Positions 8,246 to 12,727 of a DNA stretch of 12,727 bases are shown here, piece by piece. The translations under genes were made by a program, and so were the position numbers. Where the stretch lies: positions 1 to 12,727 of the forward strand of contig JANMQY010000106.1 in NCBI GenBank assembly GCA_031370785.1, given 5' to 3'. The notes beneath the pieces were generated by a model. That model ran no database searches. It saw only the letters and a program-made list of their open reading frames with translations, and was not told the DNA's origin. The DNA comes from Candidatus Eiseniibacteriota bacterium. Lineage in GTDB: Bacteria > Eisenbacteria > RBG-16-71-46. Each line of letters opens with the position of its first letter. Positions within the stretch are counted from its first letter, which is position 1.

Positions 8246-8262
8246 GTGACCGCCCGGGTCAC
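8246..8262. promoter_or_regulatory. Inverted repeat GTGACC-N5-GGTCAC, candidate operator
   Basis: Perfect 6-bp arms in the 91-nt divergent intergenic region between the barrel gene and allB. Confidence 0.35.
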
Positions 8263-8277
8263 TCACTCGGAGATCGC

Positions 8278-9630
8278 ATGGCCGACGCGCTCCTGCTGCA
8301 CAGCCGCCACGTCGTGACCCCAACGGGCGTTCGCGACGCGGTGGTCGTCGTGAACGCCGGGCGCATCGCCGAGCTGCGCGAACCCTCACGGAAGGCGCTC
8401 GTCGGAGCGCACAAGCTGGGCAAAGCGTGGCTGCTGCCGGGACTCGTCGATACGCACGTGCACGTGAACGAGCCCGGGCGCACCGAGTGGGAGGGGTTCG
8501 CCACCGCGACCGCGGCGGCGCTCGCGGGCGGCGTGACCACGCTCGTGGACATGCCGCTCAACAGCATCCCCGCGACCACGAACATCGGGGCGCTGCGCGC
8601 GAAACGCAATGCGGCGGACGCAAAGGCGCGGGTCAACGTCGGATTCTGGGGTGGCGTCGTTCCCGGCAATTCGAGAGATCTCGAGCAGCTCGCGCGCGAT
8701 GGCGTGCTCGGATTCAAGTGCTTCCTCTCGCCATCGGGAGTCGAAGAATTCCAGAACGTCAGCGAAACCGATCTGGCGCTGGCCATGCCGATCCTCGCCC
8801 GACTCGGGCTTCCGCTGCTCGCGCACGCCGAGCTGCCCGCCGTGCTCGATCGCATGCCCCAGGCCGGCGATCCCAGGCGCTACACGACGTGGCTCGCTTC
8901 GCGTCCGCCGGAAGCCGAGATCGAAGCCGTGCGGATGCTGATTCGCCAGTGCGCGGCCACGCACTGTGCGGTGCACATCGTTCACCTGTCTGCGGCGGAG
9001 TGCCTCCCCGATCTCATCGCCGCGCGCGAGCGCAAGCTGCCGATCACGGTCGAAACCTGCCCGCACTATCTGTGCTTCGATGCGGAGGCCATTCCCGACG
9101 GCGCGACCCAGTTCAAGTGCGCGCCCCCGATTCGTGGCGCGCTCAATCGCGAGCAGCTTTGGGAGGCGCTCGAGCGCGGCGACATCGACCTGATCGCTTC
9201 GGACCATTCGCCGTGCCCGCCCGAGATGAAGCACACCGAGAGCGGCGACTTCATGGCGGCGTGGGGCGGGATCGCATCGCTCGAGCTCGGGCTCGCCGCG
9301 GTGTGGACCGAAGCGCGTGCACGCGGGCTGACCGCGGAGCACGTGGTGCGCTGGATGAGCGAGCGACCGGCGCAGCTCGCCGGGCTTGGCGCGCACAAGG
9401 GTCGGATTGCGGTCGGCGCGGATGCCGATCTCGTTGCGTGGCGACCGGACGTCGAGTGGACGGTGGACAGCGCGAAGCTTCATCAGCGGCACAAGCTGAC
9501 GCCTTACGAGGGGCGCCGGCTCGTGGGCCAGGTCGAGCGCGTGTTCCTGGCGGGGATGGAGGTGTTCGCCGACGGCAAGCCGATCGGCGCGCCCATCGGC
9601 GGCTCGGTGCGAGGACGCGAACCGAGCTGA
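8278..9630 (+). CDS. allB: Allantoinase (cyclic amidohydrolase), 450 aa
   Basis: PGLVDTHVHVNEPGRTEWEGF, DMPLNSIP, GFKCFL (carbamylated Lys position), HAE, HIVHLS, ETCPHYL, FKCAPPIR, SDHSP, AWGGIASL. GGAG precedes the ATG at 8278, and uraD and an allC-like gene are nearby. Confidence 0.93.
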   Translation: MADALLLHSRHVVTPTGVRDAVVVVNAGRIAELREPSRKALVGAHKLGKAWLLPGLVDTHVHVNEPGRTEWEGFATATAAALAGGVTTLVDMPLNSIPATTNIGALRAKRNAADAKARVNVGFWGGVVPGNSRDLEQLARDGVLGFKCFLSPSGVEEFQNVSETDLALAMPILARLGLPLLAHAELPAVLDRMPQAGDPRRYTTWLASRPPEAEIEAVRMLIRQCAATHCAVHIVHLSAAECLPDLIAARERKLPITVETCPHYLCFDAEAIPDGATQFKCAPPIRGALNREQLWEALERGDIDLIASDHSPCPPEMKHTESGDFMAAWGGIASLELGLAAVWTEARARGLTAEHVVRWMSERPAQLAGLGAHKGRIAVGADADLVAWRPDVEWTVDSAKLHQRHKLTPYEGRRLVGQVERVFLAGMEVFADGKPIGAPIGGSVRGREPS

Positions 9631-9730
9631 GCACGACCTCCGTTGCCCGCGCGATCCCTCATTCTCCGCGCTCGAACATCCGACCTCCGCGCCGGTCCTG
9701 CACATTGCGCGCGGCCGATCCGTCCGCGCG

Positions 9731-9736
9731 TAGCCT
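9731..9736 (+). promoter_or_regulatory. Candidate -10 element TAGCCT upstream of the protease gene, with leaderless-type spacing
   Basis: TANNNT followed by exactly 7 nt (CCAATCC) and the ATG at 9744. No SD-like purine run upstream. Confidence 0.4.
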
Positions 9737-9743
9737 CCAATCC

Positions 9744-10979
9744 ATGAGACGGCATCTCGCCCTTGCAATTCTGCCCGGCGCACTCGCGTGCACGATCGCC
9801 TTGCTCACGCTCGGCGTCGATCGGCGTGCCGCGGCGGCTGCGCCGATGGCCGAGCTGCGTTTCGCCCAGGGCGGACACGCGCGCATCCCATTCGATCTGC
9901 GCGGGCAGCACGTGTGGGTGCGCGGCCGCGTCAATGGCTCGGACTCGGTGTGGATCGTCGTCGACACCGGCGCCTCATCGGCGGCGATGGACGAAGGGCT
10001 GGCTCGAAGCCTCTCGCTCAAGATGACCGGCGAGCATGTGGCCAGAGGCGCCGGCGGAGTCCAGCGCAGCTCATCGGTCAAGAACATCACGGTCGATCTG
10101 GCAGGGCTCTCGCTGCATCGCCGCAACATGGACACGATCGATCTGAGCGCGCTCACCGCGCAGACGCTCCGGCCGATGCAGCTCATCCTCGGCTACGAGC
10201 TGTTCGAAACCTGCGCGGTGCGCTTCGACTACGCGGCCGGCGTGATGGACGTGTGGGACTCGAAGAGTATCCCGGCGGATCTTCCGGGCGTGAGCGTGCC
10301 GATGACGCTCATCCACAACCATCCCTATGTCGAAGGCGTGCTCACCGTGCCGGGCCGTGAGCCGCTGAGTGGCAGATTCGTGATCGACACCGGCTCCGGT
10401 GCGGCGTTGATCGTCGCGCCCGACGTGGCCGCGCGCGAGAAGCTCTCGGCCGCTTTCCCGCGCACGCTTCAGACGATCGGTCGCGGGGTCGGCGGCGAGG
10501 TACGCAACCGTATCGGGCGCGCCGAGTCGTTCTCGATCGGGGCCCTGCGCTTCGCGGCGCCGATCGTGGTCCTGCCGGATTCAGGCGGCGGATATTTCAG
10601 CGCGCCGGGCACGCTGGGCAACATCGGCGGCACGTTCATCGAGCGATGCCGGGTCACGTTCGACTACCCGCACAATCGGGTGCGGTTCGAACCCGTCGAT
10701 GGCTTCGACCGCCCGTTCGAGGCCGACATGAGCGGCGCGGTACTCACGCGCGCGAGCGGCGGATACGAAGTGCGGATCGTGGAGCCAGGCGCGCCGGCGG
10801 CCGAGGCGGGGCTCAAAGTCGGCGACATCGTGAGCAGCGTGAACGGCGAGCCCGCGACGGGCATGGCGGCCGCCACGCTCAAGCGAACGCTTCAGCAGGA
10901 CGGCAAGGTGGTGCGGTTCGGCGTCAAGCGCGGAACCGACTCGCTCGAGATCGCGGTCACGCTGCGCCGGCTGATCTAG
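9744..10979 (+). CDS. Secreted aspartyl protease with two retropepsin-like domains and a C-terminal PDZ domain, 411 aa
   Basis: N-terminal signal-like segment MRRHLALAILPGALACTIALLTLG...AAAAA. Catalytic VVDTGA (9963-9971) and VIDTGS (10386-10394), with matching LILG and GNIG motifs. PDZ signature VEPGAPAAEAGLKVGDIVSSVNG. Start trimmed from the 850-aa ORF. Confidence 0.88.
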   Translation: MRRHLALAILPGALACTIALLTLGVDRRAAAAAPMAELRFAQGGHARIPFDLRGQHVWVRGRVNGSDSVWIVVDTGASSAAMDEGLARSLSLKMTGEHVARGAGGVQRSSSVKNITVDLAGLSLHRRNMDTIDLSALTAQTLRPMQLILGYELFETCAVRFDYAAGVMDVWDSKSIPADLPGVSVPMTLIHNHPYVEGVLTVPGREPLSGRFVIDTGSGAALIVAPDVAAREKLSAAFPRTLQTIGRGVGGEVRNRIGRAESFSIGALRFAAPIVVLPDSGGGYFSAPGTLGNIGGTFIERCRVTFDYPHNRVRFEPVDGFDRPFEADMSGAVLTRASGGYEVRIVEPGAPAAEAGLKVGDIVSSVNGEPATGMAAATLKRTLQQDGKVVRFGVKRGTDSLEIAVTLRRLI

Positions 10980-11052
10980 CGGGCGAACGCTTCGAAGATC
11001 GGACGCCCCGCATCCGCGGCTCGCCCCCGAGTTCAGCCCGTCCATCTCCGGG

Positions 11053-11078
11053 TCAGGTGGACTCCATCGCCCGCCTGA
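11053..11078 (+). promoter_or_regulatory. Potential RNA hairpin TCAGGTGG-N10-CCGCCTGA upstream of the allC-like gene
   Basis: 8-bp stem with one G-U pair, ending 19 nt before the ATG. No strong U-tract, so it is not called a terminator. Confidence 0.25.
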
Positions 11079-11097
11079 TGCACATTTCCCGGCCAGC

Positions 11098-12363
11098 ATG
11101 CCCCTGATCTCGGAAGTCACCGCCGACACGCTCACCCGCATGCTCGAATCCCTCTCGCGCTTCAGCGAGGGCGGACCGGGCGTGACCCGCCTCGTGTACA
11201 CGCCGGAGTGGTGCGACGCGCACCGCTGGCTCGTGGACGAAGCGCGCCGCCTCGGGCTCGAGGCCACCGCCGACGCGGCGGGCAATCTCTACTTCCATCC
11301 GCGCGATGTGATCCCGGGCACCGGCCGCGAGGCGCTCATGAGCGGCTCGCACGTCGACACCGTGGTGAACGGCGGCGCGTACGACGGTGCGTATGGCGTG
11401 GTCGTCGGATTGCTCGTTGCCGCCGAGCTGGCCGGCCGCACGAAACTTCCGGTGGTGGGCTTCGTCACCTGCGAAGAGGACGAAGCGCGCTTCGGCGCGC
11501 AGATGATCGGCGCGCGCTCCATGCTCGGCCGCGCGCGCGTGGAAGAACTCGACCGAGTGAAGGACGCGGAGGGCATCACCTGGCGCGCCGCGCTCGAGAA
11601 CGCGAGCCTGCAAGGCTGCGCGGGTCCTCCCGAAGGTGGGGACCTGATCGTCACGCCGCGCTTCCGCCCCACGATGGTTCTCGAGGCGCACATCGAGCAG
11701 GGCCCGGTGCTCGAGGCCGCGGGACTCGCGCTCGGGATCGTCGATCACATCGCCGGCTTCCGCCGCCTGCGCGTGATCGTGACCGGCGAGGCGCGCCACG
11801 CGGGCACGACGCCGACAGAAGCGCGCCGCGACGCGCTGGCCGCGGCCGCCGAGATGATCCTCGCCGCCGAGGCGCTGGCGGTGGCGAGCGACGAGGCGAC
11901 GCGCGTCACCGCCGGCAACGCGATGCCGTCGCCGGGTCTCTACAACGTGGTGCCCGGTGCGTGCGAAGTGTGGTTCGAAGTTCGGCACGCGCAAGCTGCG
12001 TCGCTCGATGCGCTGGCCACCGAGCTCGAGCGCCACTGCCGCGAGATCGCCAAGCGCCGCGGGGTCAAGATCGCCATCGACTCGCCCTCTCACCTCGCGC
12101 CTACTCCGCTTTCAGGTGAACTCGCAGCGCAGGCGACCGCTCTCGCGAAGGAGATGAGCCTCAAGCACAAGACCATGCCGAGCGGGGCGGGGCACGACAC
12201 GATGCTGTTCGCGCAGGCCGGCGTTCCCGGGCTGATGGTTTTCGTGCCGAGCCGCGGCGGCATCAGCCATTCGCCCGACGAATCCACTTCGCCGCGGCAA
12301 CTGTGGGACGGCTACCGCTTCACGCGCGAGCTGGCGCGCCGGCTCGCCGAGGGGAAGGCGTGA
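11098..12363 (+). CDS. allC: Zn-dependent M20 hydrolase, allantoate amidohydrolase / N-carbamoyl-L-amino acid hydrolase family, 421 aa
   Basis: GVTRLVYT, DAAGN, SGSHVDT, GGAYDGAYGV, EAHIEQGPVLE, GEARHAGTTP, SGAGHD, FVPSRGGISH. The family call is firm; allantoate specificity is inferred from gene context. Confidence 0.8.
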   Translation: MPLISEVTADTLTRMLESLSRFSEGGPGVTRLVYTPEWCDAHRWLVDEARRLGLEATADAAGNLYFHPRDVIPGTGREALMSGSHVDTVVNGGAYDGAYGVVVGLLVAAELAGRTKLPVVGFVTCEEDEARFGAQMIGARSMLGRARVEELDRVKDAEGITWRAALENASLQGCAGPPEGGDLIVTPRFRPTMVLEAHIEQGPVLEAAGLALGIVDHIAGFRRLRVIVTGEARHAGTTPTEARRDALAAAAEMILAAEALAVASDEATRVTAGNAMPSPGLYNVVPGACEVWFEVRHAQAASLDALATELERHCREIAKRRGVKIAIDSPSHLAPTPLSGELAAQATALAKEMSLKHKTMPSGAGHDTMLFAQAGVPGLMVFVPSRGGISHSPDESTSPRQLWDGYRFTRELARRLAEGKA

Positions 12364-12727
12364 CGCTCGCCCAGCTCAACGCGCTCGGCGAGAGGGAGGC
12401 GCGCGTCGAGCTCGAGCGCTGCTGCGGTGCCAGGCAGTGGGCGGAGCGCATGCTCCGCGCGCGGCCGTACGTCGATCGCGCCGCGCTGTTCGCCGTGGCC
12501 GAGCGCGAGTTCTGGGCGCTGGGCGAAGCCGGCTGGCGCGAGGCGTTCAGCCACCACCCGCGCATCGGCGATCACGGCTCGGCGCTCGCCAGATTCGCGC
12601 GCACCGCGGCGTGGGCAGCCGAAGAGCAAAGCGGCGCCGCCGACGCCTCGAACACGATCAAGGCTGGGCTTGCCGAGGCGAATCGGGTCTACGAGAAGAG
12701 GTTCGGCTATGTTTTCATCGTGTGCGC
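12360..12727 (+). CDS. uraD: OHCU decarboxylase (partial, runs off the window; absent from the ORF track)
   Basis: GTG overlaps the allC stop (GTGA). Manual translation: MTLAQLNAL...RCCGARQWAERM..ARPY...EAFSHHPRIG...EEQSG...LAEANRVYEKRFGYVFIVC. HPRIG, EQSG and NxxYExRFGxxFIVC are UraD hallmarks. Confidence 0.93.
   Translation, partial: MTLAQLNALGEREARVELERCCGARQWAERMLRARPYVDRAALFAVAEREFWALGEAGWREAFSHHPRIGDHGSALARFARTAAWAAEEQSGAADASNTIKAGLAEANRVYEKRFGYVFIVC

Noticed and set aside
7237..8262. Upstream extension making OppA 920 aa, or a frameshift fusion with the barrel
   Set aside because: The extension is Arg-rich and overlaps the barrel gene. OppA has its own lipoprotein signal and promoter-like element at 7236-7252.
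9634..9689. 9-bp direct repeat CGACCTCCG (9634-9642, 9681-9689)
   Set aside because: Only two short GC-rich copies. Not CRISPR-like, and they do not flank the protease gene as a target-site duplication would.
8427..9743. N-terminal 439 aa of the 850-aa ORF (apparent allB overlap or fusion)
   Set aside because: Off-frame shadow of allB. AllB is complete with its own stop, the protease begins with a signal-like peptide at 9744, and I saw no slippery site.
8386..9783. 465-aa antisense ORF, and likewise 11053..12093
   Set aside because: Antisense to well-supported allB and allC-like genes, with no recognisable domains.

Overview
GC-rich (roughly 65-70% by eye) bacterial window with dense, mostly intact genes. 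On the + strand: the 3' end of an unknown gene, a MATE efflux transporter and an FAD/NAD-dependent ferredoxin-reductase-like oxidoreductase. On the - strand, in transcription order: a putative outer-membrane beta-barrel, an oppA-oppB-oppC peptide ABC transporter with no ATPase gene, and a lower-GC secreted protein ending in PVRATSWGKLKAIYR. Divergently on the + strand lies a purine/ureide catabolism cluster (allantoinase allB, an allantoate amidohydrolase-like M20 enzyme, and OHCU decarboxylase uraD running off the window), interrupted by a secreted twin-DTG aspartyl protease with a PDZ domain. The most interesting signals are the SWGxLKxxYR tail as a candidate uncharacterised protein-sorting signal (from recall, typical of Ca. 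Eisenbacteria/Krumholzibacteria-like lineages), TANNNT-N7-start leaderless-type promoters before two genes, the protease inside the ureide cluster, and an EED variant of the M20 metal motif. I saw no RNA genes, CRISPR arrays or mobile elements.
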